Assembly: GCA_024137785.1 (NCBI GenBank)
Contig: JAHRHZ010000024.1
Span: 10,938,846-11,002,725 of the forward strand
DNA: 63,880 nucleotides
Direction of reading: 5' to 3'
Source: Ginglymostoma cirratum
Lineage: Eukaryota
This document shows positions 13,245 through 25,639 of the stretch, piece after piece. Made by a program: the position numbers and the translations under genes. The notes beneath the pieces are model-generated. The model searched no databases. It saw only the letters and a program-made list of their open reading frames with translations, and was not told the DNA's origin. The stretch's first letter is position 1, and each line of letters opens with the position of its first letter.

Positions 13245-14620
13245 AAGGGAAGGACTCAAGAAATAGGTAACTAGATGCCAGTTAGCTTAACATCAGTTGC
13301 TGGGAAAATGTTAGAGTCCATTATAAAGGATGCAATAATGGAGCATTTAAAAATATGTAATATGATCATGTAGAGTCAGCATGACTTTGTGTAGGGGAGA
13401 TTAATCATGCCTGACAAGTTCATCAGAATTCTTTGAGGGGAAGTAGGTAGAGGGGAAGCAACAGATATATTTGGATTTTGAAAAGAGTTTCATAAGGTAC
13501 CTCACATTAGGCTCCTTAATGAGACAAGAACCCATGGTGTTAGAGGTAGTATATTAGCATAGATAGACAATTGGCTAACTACCAGAAGACAGAGAGTTGG
13601 GATAAGGTGGGCATTTTCAGGATGGCACCCTTAAACAGTGTGTGCCACAGGGTCAGTGCTTTAGCCACAGTTATTTGCAATATATATTCATAAATTGGAT
13701 TAGAAAAGTGAACATACGATGGCCAAGTTTTCAGGTGACACAAAAATAGTGGGAAGGCAAGTGGTGGGGATTACATGAAGAGTCTGCAGAGGGATATAAA
13801 CAGATTAATTGTGTGGGAAATAACTTGGCAGATGGAATATAATGTGGGAAAATGTGAGATGTGCACTTTGGTTCACAGAATAGATGAGCTGAATATTATT
13901 TAAATGGAGAAAGACTGCAGAAAGGCATGGAACAGAGAGATTTGGGAATCCCCTTCCATGAATCACAGAAGGCTAGCATACAAGTTCAGCTGGTAATAGG
14001 GAAGGAAATTGAATGTTGACCTATATGTCAAAGGGAATGGAGGATAAAAATAGGGACGTTTTCCTAACACTACACAAGGCACTAGTCAGATCGCAGCTGG
14101 AACACCGTGCGCAGATTTGCACCTTTCATTGAAAGAAAGATACACTGGCATCGGAGGAAATCCAGAGAAAGCTCACTAAGCTGATATTAGGTAAGAAGGG
14201 ACTCTTATGAGGAGGGTTTGGTAGTTTGGGCCTGTACTTGGTGGAATATAGAAGAGTGAAAGAGACCAACATGTTTTCTATATGGAACAAATGGGATTCT
14301 TAGGAATTTGGCAGATTAGATACAAAAAGGTTATTTCCCCCTGTGTACGACCAGAGGGCATGATCTCAGAAGAAGAGGTTACATGTTTAGGGCCGGAACG
14401 AGGAGGAATTTCAGCCAGTAAGAAATCTGTATAATTCTTTACTGCAGGGAGTAAAGTGCTAAGTATATTCACGGCTGAGCCAGACTTTTAATCAGTAAGG
14501 GGAAGCAAGAGTTATGGGGAAAAGGCAGGAATGTGCAATGGAGGATTATCAGATCAGCCATGATATCTTTGAATGGCATAGCAGACTCAATGGGCTGAGT
14601 TCTGCTCCTCTGTCTTATAG
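13245..14620 (+). mobile_element. CR1 LINE ORF2 RT through 3' UTR, degraded
   Basis: Broken reading of NYRPVSLTSV, SCLT, VPQGSVL, AKFSGDTK, WQMEYNVGKCE, then a CR1 3' UTR; many stops and frameshifts. Confidence 0.85.
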
Positions 14621-14654
14621 TAACAGTTTTTGTCCCTTTTTGTCCCTTTATCTG

Positions 14655-15080
14655 ATGTAACATGTATTGCCATTGGAGGTAGCCCAGAGATTTTTACTAA
14701 TTTAATCCTGCATATGCAGACACTCACTTATGAGTGGTTAAGTAGTTGGATCTGTATTCATTAGATTCTATAAAAATGAGAAGTGATCTTATTGAGATAT
14801 ATAAGATTCTTAGGATGCTTGATAAGATAGATGTAAAAAGATTGTTTCACCTTGTGGCGTGAGGAAAAAACTTCTGTCAGAGTTTAGTGAATCTTTGAAT
14901 TCTTTACCACGTAAGGTCATGGAGACTCAGTCATTAATTATATTCAAGGCTGGGATAGACAGAGTTTTAGTAAGTGGGTTATACCAGGAGAGTCGAGTTG
15001 AGGGTTATCAGATCTGGCATGAACTCACTGAATAGTGGAAAAGACGTGATGGCCTGAATGGTCTACTTCTATTTTTATAT
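14655..15080 (+). mobile_element. CR1 LINE 3' fragment
   Basis: ATGAGAAGTGATCTTATTGAGATATATAAGATTCTT (MRSDLIEIYKIL) plus 3' UTR. Confidence 0.7.
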
Positions 15081-15169
15081 CTCATCATGCATTGTACAAT
15101 TTCAAAATCAGCAGACATTTAAATAGATAGTGAACTCTGAGGATAATAATATAAAATTTTAAAAGGATA

Positions 15170-15965
15170 AAGAAAAATTGATGGAATGGGTTGTCAAGTA
15201 CCGGCTGAAATTTACTGCAAAAAAAGTGTCTAGCGATCTGCCTTTCCGGGAATAACATGGACAGACAACAAAATATAAACATTACAATTCTAAAGAAGGT
15301 ACAGATGCAGAGGGACCTGAGGATTTAATCGTAAAAACAAATTGACAGTAGCAAGACAGATAGAAAGATCAGTCAATAAAGCATTCAGTATTGTACAGTA
15401 TTCTAAGCTTTATTTATAGGTGTACGGAGCGTGGAAGCAAGGATGTTATGTTAATCCACTATAAAATATTGATTTGACCTCAAATAGAGTATTGGATACC
15501 CCACATCTGGAAGGCGTGAAGGTATTTGAGACAATGTGGAAAAGATTCATAAGAATGGTTTCCAGGGAGGAGGAGCTTTATTTACGTGGATAGGTTGGAG
15601 AAGTTTGGACCGTTTTCCTTGGAGAAGAAAAGAAATCTGTGAGCAGATTTAATAAGTGTGTTCAAAATTATCAGCAGACAAGACAAAGCAGAAACAATTC
15701 TGAGTGGTGCAACAATTGAGAACAAGACAGCACAAATTTAATGTAATTGGCAAAAGAAGCAATGGTGGTATCAATTAACAAAGTTCCAGCAAATGCTTAG
15801 GACTAGGTTCAATTGAGGTGTCCAGAGCAATGTGGATTACTATCTGTAAAGGAAGAATGTGCAAGACCATAGGGAGAAGGTGGGAAAATGTTCGCAATAC
15901 CTGGAGGTATTGCTCCTTGACAGAATGGCCTTCCAAACTGTAACTATTCGCTGACTATATGATTC
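15170..15965 (+). mobile_element. CR1 LINE 3' fragment, highly degraded
   Basis: CAGAGGGACCTGAGG, TATAAAATATTGATTTGACCTCAAATAGAGTATT (YKxLxxPxxEY), DRLEKFGPFSLEK. Confidence 0.65.
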
Positions 15966-17639
15966 TAGGTTCTGGGTGCCTCTTCAACTCACAATCATGA
16001 TTTAATTAATTCTAGGTAACCACGATACATAGTGATACATCCATCTGCACGGTTTCTAAATATACATATGCTTACCATTCTCAGGAACTCAATCAAACAT
16101 CTTGAGAATGCTTGAGTGAATCTTCACTCACTGTCCACGACTACAACACATTTCAGATGCTGACAATTCTATGTGAAAATAAACATTTCCTAGAATGAAA
16201 CCAATTTCTGCGTGTAAGTAACATATTCTTCGGCCTACCTGTCCTTTTTAATCCATCTTGATCAACTAGGTTGTTTGAAAGAGCTGGGTTTGATCGATTC
16301 ATGCTTTAAAGCCTTCACTAACGTATCTAAATTAAAAGTGCAGCCTTCCATTTTTGAATATATGTGCATTGAACTCATTGTTGGCAATGTGCGGATAATT
16401 CACAATATACTTGTACATAAAAATTATAGATGGGCTTTCCAAGTTAGCACTCTGAGCTCGAAAACTTACATGATGCAATAAAATATTGGGATCTGTGTGT
16501 AGAGGTCATTGACCAATCACATGATTTTCTGCCCTTTATAATTAATAGATGTAAAATTGCCTTAACATGCTGTTTTCCAAATCCAAATTGCTGATAGTGC
16601 TTTCCCTACTGCAGACCATCAGAATTAGGAATGTTAATTCATCAAATCTATTGAAATGTAAAATTATAGCTTGTTAAAAAAACTGATTTCCTTCACTAAT
16701 CTGAATTTTCAGGGCCAAGTTTTAAATTAAGTTTGGAATTTATACGATGCACCATTCAAGATGACATGATGGCACTAAACCTGCCTATGTGTTCAATGAA
16801 AATAAAGACATTTTTTCACAGAAATGCTCATGAAATGAATATAAGAACATTTTCAGCAGGTTATTCTTAGCTTCAATTATATAAATATGTTGCATTTACT
16901 TCACAATTAGTTTTGAATTTTTTTTTAATAGTTTGATTTCAAGTACCAATTTTAATTTTGGAAATATAGTCACAAATGTCATATGAAGAGCTGTATACTC
17001 TTTATCTATCGAGCTTGTAACTTGGGATCAAGTTTTCTTTTCAACATGTCCTAGATCCTAGTACAAACAATTAAGAACTATTTATTATCGTGGCCACCCG
17101 ACTGTAGTATTCAGAAAAGAGGCAAATTATTGAAATTTCAGACTATGGGCTCTAAATCACCAGAAGATATCCTGAAAAGTTCCAGAATCACTAATAATAA
17201 AAACAGTATTTAATTTTCCTTCAGTTACCACAGACTTTGGTGGAGTTATAGGTCCTCATCCAGCAGGGTTATATTACTGGGTGTGCGCAAACCTCCAAAC
17301 CTTCCTCAGATTAATGAATGGAAAATCATACACAATCCACATTTAAACTTGTGATGTGTAATTCTTCTGATTAAGGCTCATAATTGGATGTGTGAAGTTA
17401 GAAAATTAACCCTTGCTGTCATATATGCAGCAGAGCAAATAATCAGTGTAGATCACAAATAAACTCTCCATAATGAATCTCCCGCTGGAATGAACAAGCG
17501 ATTTAAATCTCTATTGTGAAGACCAGATATCACTGCAAACCTTTTTGAGGATAGATTGAAGCTTGACATTTCACCTGTTAACTGTTTATTCATAATACTA
17601 TACTCAATATATAATATTCAGAAACAAAATCAAAATTTT

Positions 17640-17828
17640 AAAAAGACAGAAGTTGCTGGAAAAACTCAACAGGCAAACACAGACAAGTTTGGATAAAAAG
17701 GTCACAATTTAACATTTTAATTCTGTTTTTCTCTCTCTACCTCTCTCTCAGCCTAATCTGCTGAGTATTTCCAGAATCTTCTGTTTTTAGTTCAGATTTC
17801 CAGTATCTTCATTATTTTGTTTTTGGTT
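17640..17828. mobile_element. Penelope-derived fold-back mini-element, degraded
   Basis: Arms ACAGAAGTTGCTGGAAAAACTCAACAG and CTGCTGAGTATTTCCAGAATCTTCTGT are inverted; one-sided tail TTCAGATTTCCAGTATC. Confidence 0.6.
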
Positions 17829-18205
17829 GAAAATTTCAAGTTGCATCAAGATATATTTCTTCCACTAATGGTTAAGACTTAGACGTCATCAATCTAAATA
17901 AAAAGACATGTTGTACACTTTAGGATTGATGATTTATGGAAAATAAGCCACCAAGTGAAACTGATTAATTTATGCACTAGAGACATAGGTATGAATCAAG
18001 AATTCTGCTCATGATAAAAATAATGTTACTTTTCTATAAAGCATTGCTGCATACTTTGTACACTGTTTATGCAGTGTGAATTTATGATCAAACACTCCTG
18101 GCACATAGCTTTGTTTAATGCGAGTGTGCGTCAGGAAACGGATGTGTTAGTTATTAATTAAAATGGACTGAACTTGAATCATTGTAGTCCATTTTGTGCA
18201 GGTAC

Positions 18206-18440
18206 TGAAATAGCTGCCCAAAGCTTGTAGCCCGTCGCTAAGCCACCCTTTGTTTACATGTGCATAATACTTGACACTTGTCTGGCTTCCTCAGAGCCAG
18301 CTCTCAGAGTGAACAAAACCTTTGACAGCCCTGTTTATATCTGTAAGCCAGGGCTCCCTGATTGGACCAAGTAAACAGCCCCAATCAGGGAACTCGTATT
18401 CCATGATACCCACCTGGCTGACCTCATTTCAATCACAGCA
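18206..18440 (-). mobile_element. Short (235 bp) solo LTR, probably Gypsy-type
   Basis: TG...CA termini; flanks GTAC (18202-18205) and GTGC (18441-18444) as an imperfect 4-bp TSD; internal CCCTGATTGG/CCAATCAGGG inverted pair; minus-strand GATATAAAC TATA-like box. Confidence 0.7.
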
Positions 18441-18499
18441 GTGCACCCACAGTTCTTTTGGAGAGGTAATTAAACAACTCTGACTTAGTGACAATGGGA

Positions 18500-19130
18500 G
18501 AGTTCCAAGTCAGGAAGGTGCATGACTTGAACATAATCTTGCAGATAATGATATTCCCAAGCATCTGCTGCCCTTGTTTTTGTAGCTGGTTTAAATTGCA
18601 GTTTTGGAAAGTGCTGTAGATGGAAGTTTGACAAGATTTTTCAGTCTGACCTGTGGATGTTACACACTAATTGGGTGCAAATGGCAGAGAAAGTGAAGGA
18701 TGAAGATGTTAGATGAAGTGCCAATGGCTGCTTTGGCCTGTGTGGTGGTGAGTTTCTTGATTGGTTTGAAGCTGCACACTTCCAAGCAAGAGGGGAAATC
18801 TACCATCACAATCCTGACTCGTGCCTGGTAGATGATAAACAGCTTTGAGAAGTCAGGAGATGAGTTTCTTGTTACAGAACTCTGAGTCCTCAAGTTCATT
18901 TTCTGTTAAATGGTGAGAGACTGGCCTCCCCATCCCAAATATTATGTGAATAATCGTGGGATTTGAGTCAGGGTAATGTCATTGAACAGCAAGGCAAATT
19001 ATTAGATGCTCTGGAGGCTGGTATCATGGTCTGTCATTTGTGTAGTGCCACTTTTTGGCCTACTCCTAAATATTGTCCAGGGCTTGATATGTGTAGATAC
19101 AGACAATTTCTCACATACACTGGAATTGTG
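18500..19130 (-). mobile_element. L2/CR1-group LINE fragment
   Basis: ORF 18660..18899(-) IYQARVRIVMVDFPSCL...IKKLTTTQAKAAIGT, same family as 696..899. Confidence 0.6.
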
Positions 19131-19382
19131 AGAGGATGCTCAGTAGTACAGAGGTAGGGGCACTGCTATAGTGTCAGAAGAAGTGATCTGGAAGCTTAAA
19201 ATGGGAGAATTGTCACAAAGTTAACTGTTACACTTGATTAGGTGTTAAAAGAACTTGTGAGAAGGCATTTTCATCTCATTGGTGGAACCTGGAATACTTA
19301 TCAATGATTTCCATAGCCTATCACTCTACAGAGCAGGCCCAGACAATAGTCTTAAGTAAAGTACTTGAGAAAAATACCCTAC

Positions 19383-19484
19383 GAAGATCCAAATCTCTTT
19401 CATTCACCAATATTTGCATGTACTAGGCAAGGAAGGTCCAAATCTCTTTCATTCACCAATATTTGCATGTACTAGGCAAGGAAG
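19383..19484. repeat. Tandem duplication, 2 x 49 bp
   Basis: GAAG(A/G)TCCAAATCTCTTTCATTCACCAATATTTGCATGTACTAGGCAAG at 19383 and 19432, one mismatch, followed by GAAG. Confidence 0.95.
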
Positions 19485-21747
19485 GAATTAAGTTCTGGTT
19501 GACAGCCACACATTTTGCAAGTCTGGAAAGCAACATTTTCACTCAACTTGCCAATCACCAGGCTTAACTTTGGTAGAAAACTCATGAGATATGATGATCA
19601 TTGATGACATTTCTCTGGGATATCACATAATCTCTCACCTCCATTTTGGCAAATGATCAGAAGAACTCATGGGAAATTACTTTTGTTGATTTATTTATGT
19701 GAAAATAAAAGCTTCTGAAAATTCAAACATTTCTTGTGTCTCTTTTGATCTTGTCTCTATCCCATCTGCTTATTTGCATCATCATATTCCTAATATGATT
19801 GATTTTCATGTGTTTTATTTCTGATACGCTTGACAGCTGCGTGGCTTAACACCTAATATGAATGCAGCATAGAAAGGAAGAATCCTAAGAGTAAAAAGAT
19901 GCTGCTTTTTGAAATAATGAACTACAACATGAAAATTGTTCCTTATATTCACACTTTGAATCAAAACATAGGATGACAATATTGATTTATTGGAAATCCA
20001 TTGTAAAAAGTGTAAAAGGAATCCACATTAATATTTTAAATTTGATGCTGTAGCTTTTTGTGAAAATAAATCTGCCTTTAGTGCAGCACCAGTATATTAG
20101 TGTGGAGAAGTATATCAGTAAAGGACTTGTGCTCTGTAATCAAATAACCTCAAGAGATTTTGTTTTAATTAATGAGCAAAATAATTAGTTGTCACAGCAT
20201 TAGTACAGTATTAAAAAAAGCATCAACTGCCAGACGCTATTAAATATACACATTGACAAATGATTTTATACTTTGCCAAGAGCTGCAATCAGCAGTTAAA
20301 ATGTAGACTTATACAGATTTCAACGATAGCCATTGATTTAGCATTAAATTTGCACAAATAAGTGTACATTTAAGCAAACACATGCACAAATATGTATCCA
20401 TAAAAACACAAAACAATATATACACAAATATACATACATGGATATACGCTCCCATATAAATGCAAATAGAAGCAGATGCGCACACAACTACACGCGTTTG
20501 ACATAATTTTAACATCCAAGGGGGAATTTTCCGATGCATGAGCGGTAACGGAATGTAGGAAACCTGACATGAGGCTGTTCATCTCTGTCTTTTAACTGGG
20601 GCATGTTTAGAGGTAGACAAGAACCACCACCCCAAGCCACCTGGTGAATGTGCCTTCATTTCAATATGTTAAGAGAGAATTAATTGTAAACTTAACCAGA
20701 ATTCTGGCTTTATCAGTCAGATGTTAATGATCCTTGATCTGTGTGAAATTCTCCAGAATCAATAGGCAAGACCACAACGGGGATTGGTGGCTCCATGAAA
20801 TTTACAGGCTAAAAAGAAACAAATGCCTCCCTAACCAGATTAAAGGCTATTGCTCTCATGGTTTGCTCTGCGAGTGAGCTTTCACTGCTTTACAGATGGT
20901 TTATAACATTCCGAGAGTCTTTTCTGATATCTTAACCATGTTTCACAGCTTTTCACAGCTGTCAGCTTTCTCAGCAGCATGGCTACATTGATGTTGCTCT
21001 ATCTTGGATTTCCAATGAGAAAATGAGCAGGAGTACAAGCAACATTAGGAGCACCAGCAACAGCAGGAACAATATCAAGAGCAGCCTCGGCAATCATCTT
21101 CTTGTTTACATCATTTTGATAGGAAAAGATGGATGTGAAGGAGTGGGACAGATGGACGCAAGATCAACTTTCTCAACACAATGGAGCAACTGCATCTTCG
21201 GCACCAAACTTTCATAGTGTTCCATTTCTCAAATTTGCAGCCTTCTGGAACATGGTCTTTTCTCCCTGTGGACCAGGTGGGCATGAATTTCTATTGGCCA
21301 TCAACGTCACCATCTCCCTGATGTCTTCACCTCCAATTTCTTCTGCAGAAATGCTGGCACATCTCCCAAGTAACAGCGTCCATGTTTGCTCCAGCTGCTG
21401 TTTACATCCATTTTGCTGCTGATGAGGACAGCTACAGCAAAGATGGTCTTACATTTTTTGTAGTATTTGGATCTCCCACAAATACATGGATTTATTGAAT
21501 GCACATAGGACAATCAAAATGCCCTCAAATCAAAACACAGTCTTTACTAATTAGATGGAGTGGAATCCATTCAATGTTCAGCCTGACTGTGATTTTCATA
21601 CATTACTGAGAAAGATATCATAATGGTTTCTGCAATGGTTTCTTCATTCTGCAGCAGTCACATCACCCAATGATCACCATGCTACCAATCATGGCCAACA
21701 GTTGATAAGCACTAACCTTTAAGGACATGAGCACTAACATTTGTGGG

Positions 21748-22088
21748 GATAACAAGGTGTGGAGCTGGATGAACACAGCAGGCCAAGCAGCATCATAGGA
21801 GCAGGAAAGCTTGACGTTTCGGGCCTAGACCCTTCATCAGAAATGGGGGAGGGGAAGAGGGTTCTGAAATAAACAGGGAGAGAGGGGGAGGCGGATAGAA
21901 GATGGATAGAGGAGAGGATAGGTGGAGAGGAGGCAGACAAGTCGAAGCTGGTTCCGTAGGCAGGGACTAAGAAAGGTGATGTGGCTGTAGTACCTGGTTT
22001 GCTTCAGGACATGGTCGAGCAGTTTCAAGGCCGAAGAGATTATGAGAAAGTTGCAGTCGGAGAGAGATCCCCTGAGGAACCTTGTTAT
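21748..22088 (-). mobile_element. Internally deleted Penelope-like element
   Basis: 21748-21945 is the PLE terminal-repeat sequence also at 63429-63660. 21946-22078 reads LKLLDHVLKQTRYYSHITFLSPCLRNQL on the minus strand, resembling a PLE ORF N-terminus. Confidence 0.75.
21813..21840 (-). ncRNA. Minimal type I hammerhead ribozyme core
   Basis: Reverse complement CTGATGA-A-GGGT(CTAG)GCCC-GAAAC-GTC: intact CUGAUGA and GAAA boxes, stem II and GUC triplet. Confidence 0.7.
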
Positions 22089-22484
22089 TGATACAGATGA
22101 ATAGGAGAATCAGAATCAAATGAGAAACAGACCAGATATTGATCAAGCTGATGTGACAGTGAAGAGATGGCTCAGATGCACCAGCGTGGTTGGCCAGAAA
22201 GGTACACAGCTGTTGTGTCTTGCACAGCATAATATTGAAGACCATTCAGCGCATCGTGTCTGCAATGGAAAGTGGGAACAGGAGGAGGAGGAGGCAAAGC
22301 AGAATGAGGAGGAGCTTAATGTGGCCAGTGCACCTGCAGCTACTCAACAACAGACTGAGTGCATGAAGACTTACGATACAACAATACTGAAACCACTACA
22401 TCGCACCCCCCTCCCCCACTGTACCAACAATGATCATTGGCCAGTCAAAATCTCTCCATTCCATTCATACCCATTGTGCATCTT

Positions 22485-22740
22485 AGAGTCATAGAGCTGT
22501 ACAGCATGGAAACAGACCCTTTGGTCCAACTCATCCATGCCGACCAGACATCCTAAATTAAGTTAGTCTCATTTGCCAGCATTTAGTCTATATCCCTCTA
22601 AACCTTTCCTATTCATGCAGTCATCCAGATGCCTTTTAAATATTGTAATTGTACCAGCCTCCACCACACTTCCCCTGGTAGCTCATTCCATGCATGCACC
22701 ACCTTCTGAGCGAAAATGTTACCCCTTGGGACCCTTCCAT
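22485..22740 (-). mobile_element. CR1 LINE 3' end
   Basis: TAGAGTCATAGAG tail, ACAGCATGGAAACAGACCCTTTGGTCCAAC 3' UTR and ORF2 terminus. Confidence 0.8.
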
Positions 22741-23417
22741 GCATTTCCTGAAGATGGCTGACTAATTGGAAGTTGCAAAAATTGAAAGATATAATATCTG
22801 TAGAAAGAAAATCTGTTGTTTCTGCTTGAGACTTTATATATGTTTATCCAACCATGACACTTATGTGCATACATTACATGCTTAAATTTGTTCAAAATAC
22901 ACTGAGACTTCGGGATCAGGGTTGATGGGGAAAAATAGCACTTTTTTTTTCTCAAAACTGAACTCTAAGAGGCTACTTTGATGTGCTATTATCATAAAAA
23001 TGTTAGTTGGACTAATTGAGAAAAACACAAAGAAGACTGTTCAAAATTTGTGTCAAAACAAACCTTGAGAATCTTGACAAACAAATATCTGTCAGTCTGT
23101 GACTTGAGAATTGATAAGCAGAATTAACGACCAAAGTACTCAGGCTTCATATGAGGAATATTACGTGTGAAGTGGGCCTGAACAAAATTCTGTCAAAGAA
23201 CATCAAAAAGTTCTGACCCTAAAGTAGCACGTGGTGAAAAACTGTAACTGTATAGAAAATGATAGTAATTGTTAAATTTTGATATTTCAGTCAACAAGTA
23301 TAGATGTGAACTGGTCAATCACTGAAGCCTGCAATCAATAAAAATCTAATCACTTGCAGAGGATTTAAAGGCAGAAAACTCATGCAACCTTCACATGACT
23401 AACAGTATATTCAATAT

Positions 23418-23654
23418 CAAAAGCAAAAACAGAAGTTGCTGGAGAAGCTTAGCAGATCTGGCAGCATCACAGAAGAGAAATCAGAATCAATGTTTCGGGT
23501 CTGGTGACCCTTCCAGTTCTGAGGAACGGTCACCAGACCCGAAACATTAACTCTGATTTCCCTTCACAAATGCTGCCAGATCTGCTGAGCTTTTCCAGAA
23601 ACTTCTGTTTTTATTTCTGATTTACAGCATCCACAGTTCTTTCAGATTTTATTT
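23418..23654. mobile_element. Penelope-derived fold-back mini-element (older subfamily) with hammerhead motif
   Basis: About 90-bp inverted arms meet at CCCTTCC-AGTTCTGA-GGAACGG; hammerhead-like CTGAGGAACGGTCACCAGACCCGAAACATT at 23519-23548; ~37-nt one-sided tail; imperfect 14-bp flanking repeat (23404-23417 / 23655-23668). Confidence 0.8.
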
Positions 23655-23979
23655 AATATACTCAATGTATTACATAACTAAAGAACAGTAAGAATTTTTG
23701 ATGGTTCCATGTATGTTTTCAAGTATTAAAATATTATCTTTAATAATTCTCAGGTCAAACCTCCAAAAGCTGGTAGCACGAGGAATAAACAATGGAAACT
23801 TGAAATAAACTGCAAGACTTCTTACGATTTTAAAACTGAGACAATCACTGTCTTTGAAACATCTAAGTAACAGAAAGATGCAATTGCAAGTGAGGCAGGT
23901 AAGGGTACCGAAATGGCAGGAATGAAAGAGTGTCAATTTCTGAAATTATCCAACAGATTTGAGGTTCTCTCAATGTGTT

Positions 23980-24545
23980 TGGATGAGATTGGGGCTGCAA
24001 GGTGAATCTGTAAAGAGACCATAACTCCATGGTACAGGAAGCCATTCAAATGGGATGAGCGAGGAATGTAATATTAAGAGGAGACTGCATGGTGAAAGGG
24101 ATGGACAGCATTTTCTGCAATAAAGTCTGTTGTGTTCTGTACCCAATGTCAGAGTTGAAAGTAAATTCTACTGAGGGGGGTTCGAACTAACAGTAATATT
24201 CCATGTGGGCACCAATGACAGAGGTAGAACTAGGAAACAGGTTTTACACAGAGAGTATGAGGAACTAGGCACATAATTATAAAGCAGAACCTCAAAATGT
24301 TATCATCTCTGGATTACTACTTGAGATGCATGAAAACTGGCATAGAGCACACAAAATGAGAGTGATGTATTTGAGTTTCAAAGACTGGTGTGGGACGAGT
24401 AGATTCTGGTTCATGGGCCACTGGCACCAGTCTAGGGAAAGTGGTAGCTATACCAATGAAACAACCTATACCTGAACCATACCAGGATCAGCGTTCTTCC
24501 AAACTGTGTCACAAGAGAAGTAGAGAGGACTTTAAACTAAATAAC
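23980..24545 (+). mobile_element. CR1 ORF1 SGNH-esterase-domain remnant
   Basis: CATGTGGGCACCAATGAC (HVGTND), REYEELG, SRTSK, VIISGLL are motifs of the esterase domain of CR1 ORF1p. Confidence 0.7.
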
Positions 24546-24764
24546 AAAACAAGGAATCAAATATGGAAAGACGTGGTGTATCAAAGAGTAAAGCCAAAGT
24601 AATAGACAATAAAAGTAAAATGAGGAATGGGGGTTAAAGTATGGTTGGAAGGGAGATAAAAAAAATCTAGAAATGCCACCAATAAAGACTCAATGTTACA
24701 AAAATAACAAAGTGCTAAGTCTAGAGGCGCTGTTTCTGACTTATTCATAATAGTAATATACATA

Positions 24765-25022
24765 AAACAAAGAACATAGAACAGTACAATACAGGAACAG
24801 GCCCTTTGGCCCACCATGTCTGTGCCAACCATGATATCATTCTAAATTAATCCCACCTGCCTGCACGTGTTCCATATACATCTATTCTCTGCCTATTCAT
24901 GTGTCTAATTGGCTTTTAAATGTTGCTATTTTATCTGCTTCTACTGCTTCTCGAGGCAGCACATTCCAGTTACCTACCATCCTCATTGTGAAAAACAGGC
25001 CTCACACATCTCCTTTAAACAT
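24765..25022 (-). mobile_element. CR1 LINE 3' end
   Basis: AAAGAACATAGAACAGTACAATACAGGAACAGGCCCTTTGGCCC tail and 3' UTR. Confidence 0.8.
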
Positions 25023-25269
25023 TCAGTCATTTAGCATCTCACTGAAGTGCAGTAATATGCTTTCTAGCTCTTGGCTAACAGGTACATTTGGTAAGCCATA
25101 AAAGGGAAGATGGAGAAAGGGCACATGGGAATTATTTTCTCCTCCTGGCCTACCCAACTCCTAATTTGTATGCCCCAAATGAGCCCCTAAACTTTGCTTG
25201 CACCTTTCCTGCATTGCAGTTCAAAGGCTGTGGAAGTGAAAGACATGAATTAGCACTGGCATAGGAGTT

Positions 25270-25495
25270 GTGATCACAGCCCAGTCCGTCACGAAAGCCA
25301 ACCTTCCATCCATTGACTGCATCTACACTTCTTGTTGCCATGGAAAGGCATCCAACATCATCAAAGACCCCTCCCACCACAGTCAAAATCTCTTCCAACC
25401 TGTTCTGTTTGGCAGACGATACAAAAGCTTAAACACACATACGAACAGGTTCAAGAATAGCTTCTTCCCTGCTATTATTAGACTTCTGAATGGAT
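25270..25495 (+). mobile_element. Rex1/Babar LINE C-terminal fragment
   Basis: ORF 25270..25524 LPSIDCIY...KASNIIKDPSH...GRRYKSL..HTNRFKNSFFPAIIRLLN is the typical Rex1 ORF end. Confidence 0.8.
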
Positions 25496-25639
25496 TCGAC
25501 TTCCTCTTTGGCAGGAGTTGTTAGGAACCTCACAGAGAGATACCTCTGGCTTAGATAACAAGTTGTGGGGCTGGATGAACACAGCAGGCCAAGCAGCATC
25601 ATAGGAGCAGGAAAGCTTGACGTTTCGGGCCTAGACCCT

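Larger units (their letters stand above)
21230..22330 (+). pseudogene. Fossil PIF/Harbinger DDE transposase, interrupted by a PLE fragment
   Basis: Broken frames read LPQIHGFIECT, IKMP, FTN, FNVQPDCD (cf. FPxVxGxIDCTH...NRKG..S.NVQxVCD). After the insertion: IDQADVTVKRWLRC (cf. IExxxGxLKxRFRC), CCVLHS and an acidic tail. Confidence 0.65.

Noticed and set aside
19383-19484. CRISPR-like repeat
   Set aside because: Two adjacent copies without spacers in vertebrate DNA; a simple tandem duplication.
20309-20582. Cys/Val/Tyr-rich short ORFs
   Set aside because: Translation of a degenerate (CA/TA)n tract.
21230-22330. Domesticated HARBI1 gene
   Set aside because: Stops, frameshifts, lost catalytic residues and a PLE insertion.
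23418-23654. pre-miRNA or classical DNA-transposon MITE
   Set aside because: Homology to PLE terminal repeats, the asymmetric tail, the long flanking duplication and the hammerhead motif explain the hairpin better. Small-RNA production is not excluded.
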